A stretch of DNA of 64,000 nt from Spirochaetia bacterium (GCA_965208575.1 CBDBOV010000004.1:576001-640000), one strand, 5' to 3'. Shown: positions 47,748 through 58,193, counted from the first letter of the stretch. A program made the numbers and translations. The notes: a model not told the origin generated them from the sequence alone.

Positions 47748-48751
47748 CCGGACGACGGCCGCCGGCCCCCGTAGCGACCGGCGGCGCCGCGCAGACGCGG
47801 GTCCAGCAGGTCCCGCACCGCGTCGCCGAACAGGTTGAGGGCGTAGACCGTCACCGTCAGGCACAGGCCCGGCCACAGCGCCAGCCGCGGCGCAATCTCC
47901 ATGTACTGGCGACCCTCGCGGCTCAGCATGCCGCCCCAGCTTGGAACGGTCACCGGCAGGCCGAAGCCCAGGAAGCTCAGCGACGCCTCGGCAATGATCA
48001 CGCCGCCGACGTTGATGCTGAACACGACGATCAGCGGCGCGGCGATGTTGGGCAGCACGTGACGGACGAGCGTGCGCAGCGTGCGGGCACCGATCGCCTC
48101 CGCGGCCTGGAAGTAGGCGTTCTCCTTGACCCCGATCACCGCGCCGCGCACCACCCGTGACGCGGGAATGCCGCCGGTCACCCCGAGCACGACGATGATC
48201 TGCGCCACGCCGCGCCCGGTGATCGACATGATCGTCAGCAGCAACAGCAGCCCCGGAAACGACATCCACGCGTCCACGAACCGTTGCGCGTAGATGTCCA
48301 GCCGCCCGCCGATGAAGCCGGTGGTGCCGCCGATCAGCAACGCGACGATGACATTCAACGACGTTGCCGCGAGCCCGACCGTAATCGACAGGCGCGCGCC
48401 GATGATGAGGCGGCTCAGGAAGTCGCGGCCGACGTGGTCGGTGCCCAGCAGGTGCGCGGCGGACGGGCCCTGCATCCGGTCCTGCACGCGGCCGCGGTCG
48501 AATTCGTAGGGCGCGAGCTGCGCGGCGAAGATGGTGATGAACACCAGTGCCACGACGATGAGGCCGCCAATGGCTCCCAGCGGCTGTTCCTTCAGCAGCC
48601 GCGAGAGGAAGCTGGCCGCCGGTCGCCGGCGCGCCGGTGCAGGAGCGCCCGCCGCCGAGGGTCCGGCACCCGCGCCGCCGCTTGAGCCGCCACCACCGCG
48701 TGCGCCTGTGCGGCCGGCGCCGGCCGCGGCCCCCGGCGCCGGCTCACTCAT
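47726..48751 (-). CDS. DppC-like ABC permease, operon 3
   Basis: Very similar to 20658-21662; stop lies inside the antisense of the M28 fragment. Confidence 0.92.
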   Translation of the reverse strand: MSEPAPGAAAGAGRTGARGGGGSSGGAGAGPSAAGAPAPARRRPAASFLSRLLKEQPLGAIGGLIVVALVFITIFAAQLAPYEFDRGRVQDRMQGPSAAHLLGTDHVGRDFLSRLIIGARLSITVGLAATSLNVIVALLIGGTTGFIGGRLDIYAQRFVDAWMSFPGLLLLLTIMSITGRGVAQIIVVLGVTGGIPASRVVRGAVIGVKENAYFQAAEAIGARTLRTLVRHVLPNIAAPLIVVFSINVGGVIIAEASLSFLGFGLPVTVPSWGGMLSREGRQYMEIAPRLALWPGLCLTVTVYALNLFGDAVRDLLDPRLRGAAGRYGGRRPSSGQSSREK

Positions 48752-49715
48752 AGCGCACCCGCGGATCCAGCAGGGCGTAGGTCAGGTCGGTGCCGAGGTT
48801 GATCACCACCACCACCGAGGCAAATAACAGGTTCACGCCGGAGACCACCGGGTAGTCGCGCGCGTTGAGGGCAGACAGCATCAGACTGCCGAGCCCCGGG
48901 AGATTGAAGATGTTCTCGATGATGACCGAGCCGCCGGCGATGATGGGCAACTGCAGCGCCACCAGGGTCACCACCGGGATGAGGGCGTTCTTGACCGCGT
49001 GGCGCAGCACCACGGTCCTCTCCGCCAGGCCCTTGGCCCAGGAGGTCCTCACGTAGTCCTGGCGCAGCACCTCCAGCATCATCGTGCGCGTCATGCGCAT
49101 GGTGCTCGCTGCCAGGTAGGTCCCCAGAATCACGGCGGGAATGATCAACATGCCGAGATTGGCCCATGGGTCTTCGGTGAAGCGGACGTGCGTCAGCGGC
49201 GGCGTCCAGCCCCACCAGATTGCGGGGTAGATCATCACCATCAGTCCCAGCCAGAAGTTGGGGGTCGCCAGGCCGAAGATGGCGACCGCCCGGCCGGCGT
49301 AGTCGGCCACCGTGTACTGGCGAATCGCCGAGTAGATGCCGATCGGCACGGCGATGATGACCCCGGTGAGGATCGCCAGCAGCCCCAGCTCGACCGTTAC
49401 CCCGACCCTGCCGGCGAGTTTCTGTTCCACCGTTGCGCTGCCCAACGAGCCGCTGTACAGCGAGCGGCCGAGGGTGCCACGCAGGACGATGTCACCGATC
49501 CACTTCGCGTATTGCGCGTAGACGGGTTTATCGAGTCCGAGTTGTCTCTTCAGAGCCTCCTCATCGATCGTGCCGCTCTGGGTTGCGGTCATCCGGGCTG
49601 TCATCACGTCGATGATGTCGCCGGGAATGAAGCGAACCGAGAGAAACACCAGGAGGGTGACGATGAACAGGGTCGGGATCACCAGCAGTATCCGCCTGAT
49701 CACATACGCCCGCAC
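48744..49715 (-). CDS. DppB-like ABC permease, operon 3
   Basis: Very similar to 21655-22626. Confidence 0.93.
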   Translation of the reverse strand: MRAYVIRRILLVIPTLFIVTLLVFLSVRFIPGDIIDVMTARMTATQSGTIDEEALKRQLGLDKPVYAQYAKWIGDIVLRGTLGRSLYSGSLGSATVEQKLAGRVGVTVELGLLAILTGVIIAVPIGIYSAIRQYTVADYAGRAVAIFGLATPNFWLGLMVMIYPAIWWGWTPPLTHVRFTEDPWANLGMLIIPAVILGTYLAASTMRMTRTMMLEVLRQDYVRTSWAKGLAERTVVLRHAVKNALIPVVTLVALQLPIIAGGSVIIENIFNLPGLGSLMLSALNARDYPVVSGVNLLFASVVVVINLGTDLTYALLDPRVRYE

Positions 49716-49803
49716 CTCGGCTCACCTCCTTGGATGAAAGGGGTGGCAGGTTGCGCCCGCCACCCCGTGTTCGCCCTTAAAACGCTGACGTTGGAAGCGA
49801 GCG

Positions 49804-51612
49804 TCAGAACCCCATTTCTGCCTTCAGGTCCCGGTCGAGCCAGAGCCGGGCAAGAACCTCGTGATAGTTTTCTGGGTGCACGAACGTCTCGCCGTTCCAG
49901 CCCTTGACCCACGGATGCGCCACCTGGAATCCGGGCGCCTTGCCGGTCCACACCTGAAAATGCTGCGAAACGAGGTATTGGTCGAACTCGTTGGCGATTC
50001 GTGTCAGCTCCGCCTCGCTGGTCGCTGTTTGGAACTCGTTATAGAGTCGAATCAGCGTGGCGTTGGGAGTCCCACCGAACCACTCGTTCCAACCGTGCGG
50101 CTCGGTGTCCGCCCCAAGAGAACGGGCGAAGCCTATGATGTGTTCAGGGGCTGCATCGAAGCCCAAATCGCCGGTGGACATCTCGTAGAGTGCGTCCACT
50201 TTACGACTCCACCAGGTGCTGCTGTCGTAGACGTCGATCTCCACCTCCACGCCGATCTCTTTGAAGTAGCCGGCCGCGATCTCGGCGAGGCCCAGGTCGA
50301 TGACGTCGCGGTGGTCGTGGGTGGCCCTGAAGCGGACGCCGTCCGCGCCGCGTGGGTAGCCGGCCTCGTCGAGCAATTGCTCCGCCTTCTCCGGGTCGTA
50401 GCGGTATTGGTCCTGGAGCTCCTTTGGCCACTCGTCGAATGGAAGAAAATAGGGTCCGGTCGCGTTGCCGAAGATGCCCTGGGGCTTCCACAGCGCGTAC
50501 CCGCCATAGTAGCTCTCGTTAACCGCCTCGCGGTCGATCGCCATCTGCATTGCCTGGCGGACGCGGATGTCGTCGAACGGCGGCGTACGGGTGTTCAGGC
50601 CGATTTGCCCGAGCGCCCGGAGGAAGTAGGGGCCCACCTGGATGTCGGGGTTGGTGCGCAACACCGACTCTATCACCTCGAAGGTCTTGATGTCGACGCC
50701 GCCGCCGGCAACGTGGATCATGTCGACCTGGCCGGTGCGAAACGCGGCGAGGCGGGTCGCCTCCTCCGGCATGAACAGACCCTTCAGCTCGTCGACGTAG
50801 GGCAGCCGGTTGTCCGGGTACTTCTCGTCGAAGTCGTGGTAGTTGGGAATGCGCGTCCTGGTTATCGAGACGCCCTCGACGTAGTCAGTGAGCGTGAACG
50901 GCCCGGTGCCGACCACGTTTCGCCAGTCGCTGTAGTCACCGTGCTGCTCGATGACCTCGGGTGGCAGAATCCATGAGTTGGACTGGCCGAGGATCGCCCG
51001 GGCCAGGCCGGCGCGCGGCTCGGTCAGCTTGAATTCGACCGTGTATCGGTCAAGGGCTTCGATGGATTCCCACGGATAACCCTCAACCTCGCCGGCAACT
51101 CTGGGCTCGAAGTCGAGCAGGCCGCCAATGCGGCGGTAGGTAAAGGCGACGTCTTCGGCGGTGAGTTCGCGCCCGTTGACCGGCGGCTTGTCGTGCCAGC
51201 GGATGTCCGGTTTGATCTTGACGATCAGCGTTCGGTCGTCCGGCTGCTCCCAGCTCTCGGCCAGGTTGCCCTTGAAGCGCGAGAACGGCACATACCAACC
51301 GGTAAAGCTCACCTCGTCCCGGGGCGCACCCCAGTCTCCCTTCGCAAGCTTCTCGTTGACCGCGTAGATCTGATAGCCGGAGTAGTGTCCTGTGATATGC
51401 GGGTCGGTGGTCTCCCCGAACAGCTTGTACGGGTAGGTCAGCGTGCCGCCGTACTCGGGTGCGGTCACCTGCATCCCGGTCGTCGGGTCGGTCACCATCG
51501 GCTTGTCCGCAGCCGCGGCCGCTTCCTCGCCGGCGGGCGCCGCCCACGCGGCGGTTGCGGCCAAGACGAACCCGATCAGTGCCGCAACCCATAGTCTACA
51601 GTTTCGTATCAT
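49804..51612 (-). CDS. Family-5 ABC solute-binding protein, operon 3
   Basis: Signal peptide MIRNCRLW.., PEYGGTLTY, LAESWEQPD, VGTGPF. Confidence 0.92.
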   Translation of the reverse strand: MIRNCRLWVAALIGFVLAATAAWAAPAGEEAAAAADKPMVTDPTTGMQVTAPEYGGTLTYPYKLFGETTDPHITGHYSGYQIYAVNEKLAKGDWGAPRDEVSFTGWYVPFSRFKGNLAESWEQPDDRTLIVKIKPDIRWHDKPPVNGRELTAEDVAFTYRRIGGLLDFEPRVAGEVEGYPWESIEALDRYTVEFKLTEPRAGLARAILGQSNSWILPPEVIEQHGDYSDWRNVVGTGPFTLTDYVEGVSITRTRIPNYHDFDEKYPDNRLPYVDELKGLFMPEEATRLAAFRTGQVDMIHVAGGGVDIKTFEVIESVLRTNPDIQVGPYFLRALGQIGLNTRTPPFDDIRVRQAMQMAIDREAVNESYYGGYALWKPQGIFGNATGPYFLPFDEWPKELQDQYRYDPEKAEQLLDEAGYPRGADGVRFRATHDHRDVIDLGLAEIAAGYFKEIGVEVEIDVYDSSTWWSRKVDALYEMSTGDLGFDAAPEHIIGFARSLGADTEPHGWNEWFGGTPNATLIRLYNEFQTATSEAELTRIANEFDQYLVSQHFQVWTGKAPGFQVAHPWVKGWNGETFVHPENYHEVLARLWLDRDLKAEMGF

Positions 51613-52103
51613 GAGGTTTCCTCCAAACCTTCGTTTCTTCGAGAGTGCTGAATTCAGTTGCCGGCCCGCGCCGACTCTCGCGGTATGCCTGCGATTCGCA
51701 GGGACCGAACAGCGCGGGCGGCACCCTCGACCACGAGCAGTGCCTGGGGTGCTGGCGGGTGGACTGCGGGCGAGCGGCCCGTTGCCGGGAGTTCCCGCCT
51801 GGTGAGGTGACCCGCCGACGACGAATCGGCGGTGAGGCAGCGCCGCGGTCAGCGGACCGCGCAGGCTGCGCAGAAGGTAGCGGTTGCGACCGGCTAACTC
51901 GTTAGTGTTTCTGAGGTTGTATGGAAATAGCCCTGGGGGGGAGGGGGGTACAGAGGGCGTAGAGCGGCGGTAGAGCGCCGGTTGCGCTATCTGCAACCGG
52001 CGGCGGCGCCCGGTACTGTCGTCACGCGTCATTCGCATCCGTTCCACCCGAAGCCCGCAGCCATCATTGCGCACGCACGGCATACCGTCAAATAGCCGCG
52101 GGG
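51613..52103 (-). promoter_or_regulatory. Conserved promoter plus structured 5' leader, copy 3
   Basis: TTGACG(52091-52086)-N17-AATGAT; near-identical to the other copies. Confidence 0.8.
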
Positions 52104-52179
52104 CGGCCGCCGTGATCGAGTACGGTCGCCAGAGTGGCGGGCTCGATGCTACACTGGAGGTCGGACTGCAGGATCGGTC

Positions 52180-52459
52180 GTGGCGCTGACGTTCGAGTGG
52201 GGTGAGGTGAAGGCAAGCGCCAACATGCGCAAGCACGGTGTAGGGTTTGAGGAAGCCGCGACGGCGTTCGGCGACGTCCTGTCGGTGACCGTTGCCGACC
52301 CGGATCACTCGCTCGATGAGGAACGATTCATCCTCCTCGGTTTGACCGAGCGCAGCCGGCTCTTGGTCATCGCACACCGTGCGTGGTGACGCAATTCGAC
52401 TGATCAGCGCTCGGCTGGCTACAGCCAAAGAGCGGTGAGGGTATGAAGAAGGAACCTGA
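52180..52459 (+). pseudogene. brnT: BrnT toxin, frameshifted and with a premature stop
   Basis: FEW..KASANMRKHGVGFEEA..DPDHSLDEERF; expected tail RGDAIRLISARLATAKER is in another frame and interrupted by TGA. Confidence 0.85.
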
Positions 52460-52661
52460 CACGAGACGGATTGACGAGTTGCGCGAAGAGTACGACTTCT
52501 CGGGTGGAGTCCGCGGCAAATATGCCGCACGATATGGCGAGGGTGCGAACATCGTCATCCTCGATCCGGATATCGCAAAGGTGTTTCGTGACTCGAAGTC
52601 GGTAAACGAAGCCCTCCGCGCACTTGTCGAGGTGGCGAACAGGGCGGCAGCGGCTGGGTGA
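52443..52661 (+). CDS. BrnA-like antitoxin
   Basis: ELREEYDFSGGVRGKYA, LDPDIAKVF..SKSVNEALRALV. Confidence 0.85.
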   Translation: MKKEPDTRRIDELREEYDFSGGVRGKYAARYGEGANIVILDPDIAKVFRDSKSVNEALRALVEVANRAAAAG

Positions 52662-52857
52662 CAGGCCGGCCGGGAGCGGACCGCGCGGTTCGCCTCGGCT
52701 GAGGAGCTGTTTCGCCCACCCGAAGATCACCGGGTGGAGGCCAGCATGGCGTCGCCATCACTACTGCCGTAGCTCTCGGTGGCGCTCACTCGGTCCAATC
52801 GCCGAATCGGCATCCGGACCGCCCGCGCCCTTCCCGGCGAACGCAACCCGGCCCTTC

Positions 52858-53832
52858 TCAAGCGACCACCATCCTGATCGCGCCGACGGCGCGTCCATCG
52901 AGCTCGAAGTCGGCGGCCGTGCCCGCTTCCCGGAAGCCAAGCTCCTCGAACAGCGACCGCTTCTCCTCGTCCTCCACGCACACCACCGCCCGGCACTCGG
53001 CGGCCCCCCGCGCCGCTCCCCGCTGCATTGCGGCAGCCATCAGGCCGGACCATGCGGCGGCAAAGTACGGGTGCGTGAAGCCGTCGACCTGGCAGGCGGC
53101 GCCCGATCCGAGCACGGTCGCCAGCCCCACGACGCGGTCGTCGGCCGTGCGCGCGCAGAACCAGTCGCCGGCGCCGCCGGCCACCGCGGCCAGGTAGCGC
53201 CGGTACAGCCCCATGCAGGAGTACTGGACGCAGTAGCGGGTCGAGTACATGCCGGCGTTGGCGTCCAGCACCTGCCAGTCGTGGGGCGCGTGCAGCAGGG
53301 GGATCATCGGTACCCGCACCGCCGCGGTGGCGGGCGCCACGGTGGCCTCCCCCGGCTCGCGGAAGTAGTCGACCAGGAACGCCTCCGGCGAGTCACCGCT
53401 GCTGATGTTGGCCATGACGTCGGCGCCGGCCAGCTTGCGCCAGCCGAGCCGGTGGTAGATCCTGCGCACCGCCGGCACGGAGGTGCCGAGGAACAGCGCC
53501 TCGCCGCCGGCGGCGCGAAACTCCTCCACCGCCCGCCCGCACAGCCGGGTGGCGACGCCGCTGCCGCGCAATTCGGGCCTCGTCGCGACTTCCCCAAACC
53601 CGCCCAGGAGGGGGCTTTTGTTCGGCACGGTGATTGCACAAGTGCCCGCCAGAGTCTCGGCCCGCCGCGCCACGTAGACGGTCAGCCGGTTGTGATCCGT
53701 CTCCCGGCCCAGGTACGCATCAGGCGGAACATCGGGCGGATGTTCGTCGGAATACTCGAATATGTCATCCCAAAACGCCCGCAGTTCCGCGGCCAGAGCC
53801 GCGGCTATCGGCGCTTCCACCGTAACGCTCAT
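52858..53832 (-). CDS. GNAT family acetyltransferase (tandem GNAT)
   Basis: VATRPELRGSGVA acetyl-CoA motif, IYHRLGW, LFEELGF. Confidence 0.85.
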   Translation of the reverse strand: MSVTVEAPIAAALAAELRAFWDDIFEYSDEHPPDVPPDAYLGRETDHNRLTVYVARRAETLAGTCAITVPNKSPLLGGFGEVATRPELRGSGVATRLCGRAVEEFRAAGGEALFLGTSVPAVRRIYHRLGWRKLAGADVMANISSGDSPEAFLVDYFREPGEATVAPATAAVRVPMIPLLHAPHDWQVLDANAGMYSTRYCVQYSCMGLYRRYLAAVAGGAGDWFCARTADDRVVGLATVLGSGAACQVDGFTHPYFAAAWSGLMAAAMQRGAARGAAECRAVVCVEDEEKRSLFEELGFREAGTAADFELDGRAVGAIRMVVA

Positions 53833-53945
53833 TCCGACCTACTTGATCTCTTCAACCCCAGGCTCGTGTCAGTGTACAAGGATCACACCATGGACAAACA
53901 GCGAGCCGGCGACACTGACGGCCACCGGCTCGGCACCGGCCGCCG

Positions 53946-54677
53946 ATGCTGACCACCATCGTCGGGCGGGGTCATTCCGGTACGCGAGCCATTTCGCATA
54001 CGCTTTCCGCCAGCGGCGTGTGGATGGGCGAGCCGTTGAACAAATCGGGCGACCTGCTGCCGCCGCAGGCGATGTACGAGGCGTCCCGCTTCATCGCCAA
54101 ACATGTTCGCTGGCTGGGCGGGCTGAAGTGGGACTTCAGCCGGCTCCACACGATGTCGATTCCGCCCGAGTTCGAGTCGCTGATCCGGTCGTACCTGCAG
54201 AGCGTGATTTCCAGCCCGGCGGAACACAGGGGATGGAAGATCCCGGAGACCACCCTGACCTACCCCTGGATCGTGCGAATGTTCCCGGACGTGAGGTACA
54301 TCTTCTGGATCCGCAACCCGCGCGACTGCGTCATCGGCAGGCACATCACGGACAACCTCACCGACTGGGGCGTGGGCTGTCCGCCTACCGACGACACCCG
54401 CCTGCGCCGCGCGATGTCGTGGAAGTACCAGTACGACCTGGTCAACGCCACCCCGCGGCCCCGGCACTGGATCGAGGTGCGGTTCGAAGACTTCGTCCAA
54501 CGCCAGGACGAGACGCTCGCCCGGTTGGAGTCCTACCTCGGCGTCAAGCTGGCCCGGATTCCCGTGCGGCCCGAGTCGGTGGGCCGCTGGAAGACCGACC
54601 CCGGCCCCAACTACTACGACTTCTTCGCTCCCGCCATGGAGCGGTACGGCTACGAAATCCCCGCGCCTTCCGTCTGA
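53946..54677 (+). CDS. Sulfotransferase family protein
   Basis: GRGHSGT PAPS-binding loop, GWKIP, IRNPRD, VRFEDFV, SVGRWK. Confidence 0.8.
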   Translation: MLTTIVGRGHSGTRAISHTLSASGVWMGEPLNKSGDLLPPQAMYEASRFIAKHVRWLGGLKWDFSRLHTMSIPPEFESLIRSYLQSVISSPAEHRGWKIPETTLTYPWIVRMFPDVRYIFWIRNPRDCVIGRHITDNLTDWGVGCPPTDDTRLRRAMSWKYQYDLVNATPRPRHWIEVRFEDFVQRQDETLARLESYLGVKLARIPVRPESVGRWKTDPGPNYYDFFAPAMERYGYEIPAPSV

Positions 54678-54779
54678 GGTCGGTAAACGAGATCCTGGCT
54701 GCCTCCCCTTGTCTGGAGCGGGAACATCGACCAGTGCCTGACGTACGCCGCGTGGCGGCTGGAGGAACGAGAGGTAACG

Positions 54780-54885
54780 CTCGCCGAACTGCCGAGTGGA
54801 TTCGCGGTGACCGGTTCCAGCCGGCGGTGTGCGCCAGCAGGCGATGCCAGATGAGGATGTCGCCGGCGGCGCCATACCCTTCCAT
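54780..54885 (-). pseudogene. Shard of a phytanoyl-CoA dioxygenase (PhyH) family gene
   Basis: GAAGDILIWHRLLAHTAGWNRSPRI matches the PhyH GD...H..H....N.S..R segment. Confidence 0.6.
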
Positions 54886-55513
54886 GTGACGGTCCGGAAC
54901 ACCACCCGCCCGCGGTTGGACGGGCTCCCTCTCCGATAGCATGCTCTTAGGCTGCCTGAGGAAGGTTGCCTTGGTCGCGACGGCACTACCCCGCGACGAC
55001 CGAACACGTTCCAGTGCCTCCTCGCGGAACCAGTGAGCACCGCTCTCTCCTTCCTGGGTCACAATGCGTCCATAACTACCCGGTTCCACGAGTTCACCTC
55101 TGCCAAGTATCCGCCGATCCGAATGGAAATACGTAACTAATCCCTCCTGTCCAAACACACGAGAGGTAGTCTCCTTGAGAGGAACCTCGTTGAACGTGGC
55201 GACCACCCGAACACACTCCGCAAAACACGGAATACAGCGCGGGACCCTGCTTCTCTCAGTTCCCCTTAGCATACAAATAGTACCACATGAGCAAGAGTCA
55301 GGTAGTTCCCCGTGCGAGTCCAATACCCATCTCACACACGGACCTCATGGCGAAGCTGACCAGAGCGGACCACCTGGTTAGCCCCGGCCTCTCTCAGCCG
55401 ATTCACACCACCATCCGGACAGCTCCGACCGCGCCACCCATCAAGCACGACGTGGGCCACAGCACTCGGCTTAGACCGTATGCCTTGGCCGACGGCGGGC
55501 CGATTGTGTCGGT

Positions 55514-55858
55514 CTACCGTGTCCCGGCTCTCACGCCAGCCGCATGGACGGCTTCGCCGCCGGCGTTCGATTGCTGGCTATGCGGGCGGACGGCGATGTG
55601 CGTCTCCAGGTCTACGCTTGCTGCCATGTTCACGAGCCGATCGATGCTGAATTTGCTGATCTTGCCGTTAACGAGCTCACTCACCCGAGAACGTGGCACT
55701 CCGAAACGTCTCGCAGCTTCGGCTTGGGTGATGTTCTGACGCTCTACGTAATCGGCAAGAGCGATCATGATCGTGGACCGAATCTTTAGGTTAGCAGCCT
55801 CCGAGGAGGTCTCCGCAACTGCATCCCAGACATCAGAATAAGTTTGTGTATCTGTCAT
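55514..55858 (-). CDS. HigA-like XRE-HTH antitoxin
   Basis: EAANLKIRS, ITQAEAARRFGVPRSRVSELVNGKISKFSIDRL. Confidence 0.88.
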   Translation of the reverse strand: MTDTQTYSDVWDAVAETSSEAANLKIRSTIMIALADYVERQNITQAEAARRFGVPRSRVSELVNGKISKFSIDRLVNMAASVDLETHIAVRPHSQQSNAGGEAVHAAGVRAGTR

Positions 55859-55901
55859 ATGAATGTATACCTTTGTAAATGGATTTTTGGGAACATGCGA
55901 G

Positions 55902-56246
55902 CTACGATCGCTTTATATTATCGGTTCTCTTGTGTATCACCTCCCGGAAGCGCTTTCTAGCTATATCGATGTCGGCCTTTGCCGTCTTCTGCGACTTCTT
56001 CACGAATACGTGCAGGATATAAACCGCGTCACCGACTGTCGTCGTGTATATGCTTCGATACGCATTACCGGCTATCCGTACGCGAAGCTCACGAACGCCG
56101 CTCCCGACACTCGGCATCGGCCGCCAGTGGCGTGGATCCATACCTCTCTGAATCATGGCAATCTGCTGCCCCACGTCATGCTTGGCATCCCTCGGGAAAC
56201 GACGTAGATCATCGAGAGACGAGCCAACGAACACAACCTCCTTCAT
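55902..56246 (-). CDS. HigB/RelE-like (Gp49-type) toxin
   Basis: FVGSSLDDLRRFP, VGSGVRELRV, YILHVFVKKSQKT. Confidence 0.88.
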   Translation of the reverse strand: MKEVVFVGSSLDDLRRFPRDAKHDVGQQIAMIQRGMDPRHWRPMPSVGSGVRELRVRIAGNAYRSIYTTTVGDAVYILHVFVKKSQKTAKADIDIARKRFREVIHKRTDNIKRS

Positions 56247-56311
56247 TTGTGCGCCAATGTCTCACATTTGCGACACGAGAGTCAAGTCAGAAGCGCCGCA
56301 CAGTGGCCTTC

Positions 56312-56766
56312 TCAGGCAGCCACCATTCTGACCGCCCCGACGGTGCGCCCATCGAGCTCGAAGTCGGCGGCAGCGCCCGCCGCGCGGAAGCCGAGCCCTT
56401 CGAACAGCGACCGCTTCTCCTCGTCCTCCACGCATACCACCGCCCGGCACTCGGCGGCCCCCCGCGCCGCTCCCCGCTGCATTGCGGCAGCCATCAGGCC
56501 GGACCATGCGGCGGCAAAGTACGGGTGCGTGAAGCCGTCGACCTGGCAGGCGGCGCCCGATCCGAGCACGGTCGCCAGCCCCACGACGCGGTCGTCGGCC
56601 GTGCGCGCGCAGAACCAGTCGCCGGCGCCGCCGGCCACCGCGGCCAGGTAGCGCCGGTACAGCCCCATGCAGGAGTACTGGACGCAGTAGCGGGTCGAGT
56701 ACATGCCGGCGTTGGCGTCCAGCACCTGCCAGTCGTGGGGCGCGTGCAGCAGGGGGATCATCGGTA
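56312..56766 (-). pseudogene. 3' half duplicate of the GNAT gene
   Basis: Matches 52858-53312; nearly identical except the last ~100 bp. Confidence 0.9.
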
Positions 56767-56870
56767 GGGTAAGGATACTCCCGCTCTGAGCGCCGGTTCG
56801 CCATGCATCTGGCCACGGCGCGACGCTCCGCATCCAGTTCATCCGGAGAGCGTCCCGCCGCAGGCGTAGC

Positions 56871-58088
56871 TCAGCCGCTGGCCAGTGCGGGTTCGGGGTG
56901 CAGGGCGGCGGCCAGCTCGGCGATGGCGGCGTCCATCTCGTCGGGGCGGTTCCAGCCGTAGCACAGGCGCATCCGGTCGCGGCCGGAGATGCCGTCCGCG
57001 GCCGTGTGGGTGCCCGGAGCGAACCGCACGCCGCGGGCGGCGGCGCGCTCGGCGGCGGCCACCGTGTCGGTGCCGTCGAGCATCTGCACGAACAGGAAGA
57101 GCCCGCCGAGTGGTTCGGTCCAGCGCGCGCGGTCGCCCACGTGCGCATCCAGCGCCGCCAGCAGCGCGTCGCGCTTGGCCCGGAGCCGGGCGCGCGCCCG
57201 CTCGATGTGGGCGTCCAGGCCGGTCTGTGCGAATCGATGCACGGCCATCGCCGTGAACTGGCTGACCCCGCCGGTGCCCTTGATGGCGCAGATCCGATCC
57301 AGGAGGGCCGGCGCGGCGGTGACGTAGCCGAGCCGCATGCCGGGAGCGATGTTCTTCGAGAACGAGGCCACGTAGATGGTGCGCCCGCTGTCGTCGAGTG
57401 AGCGGATGGCCGGCGGCAGGTCGGGGTGGTCGAAGTTCAGGTCGACGTAGCAGTCGTCCTCCCACACCGGCACTCCGTAGCGCGCGGTGATCTCGGTGAC
57501 CTCGGCGCGGCGCGCCCGCGACTCGACGAAGCCGAGCGGGTTCTGGAACGTCGGTATGGTGTACACCGCCTTGGGCCGCCTGCCCTCGTCGATCGCCGCC
57601 TGGATCTGGTACTCCAGCGAATCGGGCAGCATGCCGTCGGCGTCGCACGCCACCGCGCGGACATCGGCAGCGAAGCGGCGCAGGAATCCCAGCGTGCCGG
57701 CATAGGTGAATTCCTCGGCCAGCACCACGTCGCCGGGATCGACCAGCGCCTGGGCCACCAGGAAGTTGGGCTCGTTCGATCCGGAGCCGAGCAGGATGTC
57801 GTCGGCATCCACCGAGAAGCCGCGCGTGGCGGCCAGCCGCGCCGCCAGCCACTCGCGCAACGGCGGATAGCCGAGCGGGTGCGGATAGTGCGCCAGGCTG
57901 CGCCCCGCCCGTTGCAACTCGTCTGCCAGGCATTCGACAAGTTGTTCCAGCGGCAACGAGTCGGGGTCGGGATAGGCCACCCCAAAGTCGTAGCGCGCCG
58001 CCGGATGGGCCGCGCGGGACACCGGCCCCGCCGACGGCCCGTGGTGTGCCATCAGATCCTCGTCGAAACCAGACCAGCTACCGCTCAT
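56871..58088 (-). CDS. PLP-dependent aminotransferase class I/II (LysN/MocR-type catalytic domain)
   Basis: YTIPTFQNPLG, WEDDCY, SFSKNIAPGMRLG. Confidence 0.9.
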   Translation of the reverse strand: MSGSWSGFDEDLMAHHGPSAGPVSRAAHPAARYDFGVAYPDPDSLPLEQLVECLADELQRAGRSLAHYPHPLGYPPLREWLAARLAATRGFSVDADDILLGSGSNEPNFLVAQALVDPGDVVLAEEFTYAGTLGFLRRFAADVRAVACDADGMLPDSLEYQIQAAIDEGRRPKAVYTIPTFQNPLGFVESRARRAEVTEITARYGVPVWEDDCYVDLNFDHPDLPPAIRSLDDSGRTIYVASFSKNIAPGMRLGYVTAAPALLDRICAIKGTGGVSQFTAMAVHRFAQTGLDAHIERARARLRAKRDALLAALDAHVGDRARWTEPLGGLFLFVQMLDGTDTVAAAERAAARGVRFAPGTHTAADGISGRDRMRLCYGWNRPDEMDAAIAELAAALHPEPALASG

Positions 58089-58193
58089 CCGTGCCACCTC
58101 CGATGGGAATGATACCCGAGAGCGCCCCACTGCCGCGACCGTCCGCCAGCCGCTCTTGATTCGATGTCATAATGAAACTATTCTGCATTCACG

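Noticed and set aside
45708-48269. 853-aa minus-strand ORF
   Set aside because: Chimera of antisense M28/dppC sequence read into the real aminotransferase start at 46640
22723-51612. Diversity-generating retroelement acting on the SBPs
   Set aside because: No reverse transcriptase and no TR/VR pair with adenine-specific differences seen
54995-55137. Possible N-terminal shard of a DUF2441-like gene (TYFH..PGSYGR..REEALERVR)
   Set aside because: Too short to call without an HMM search
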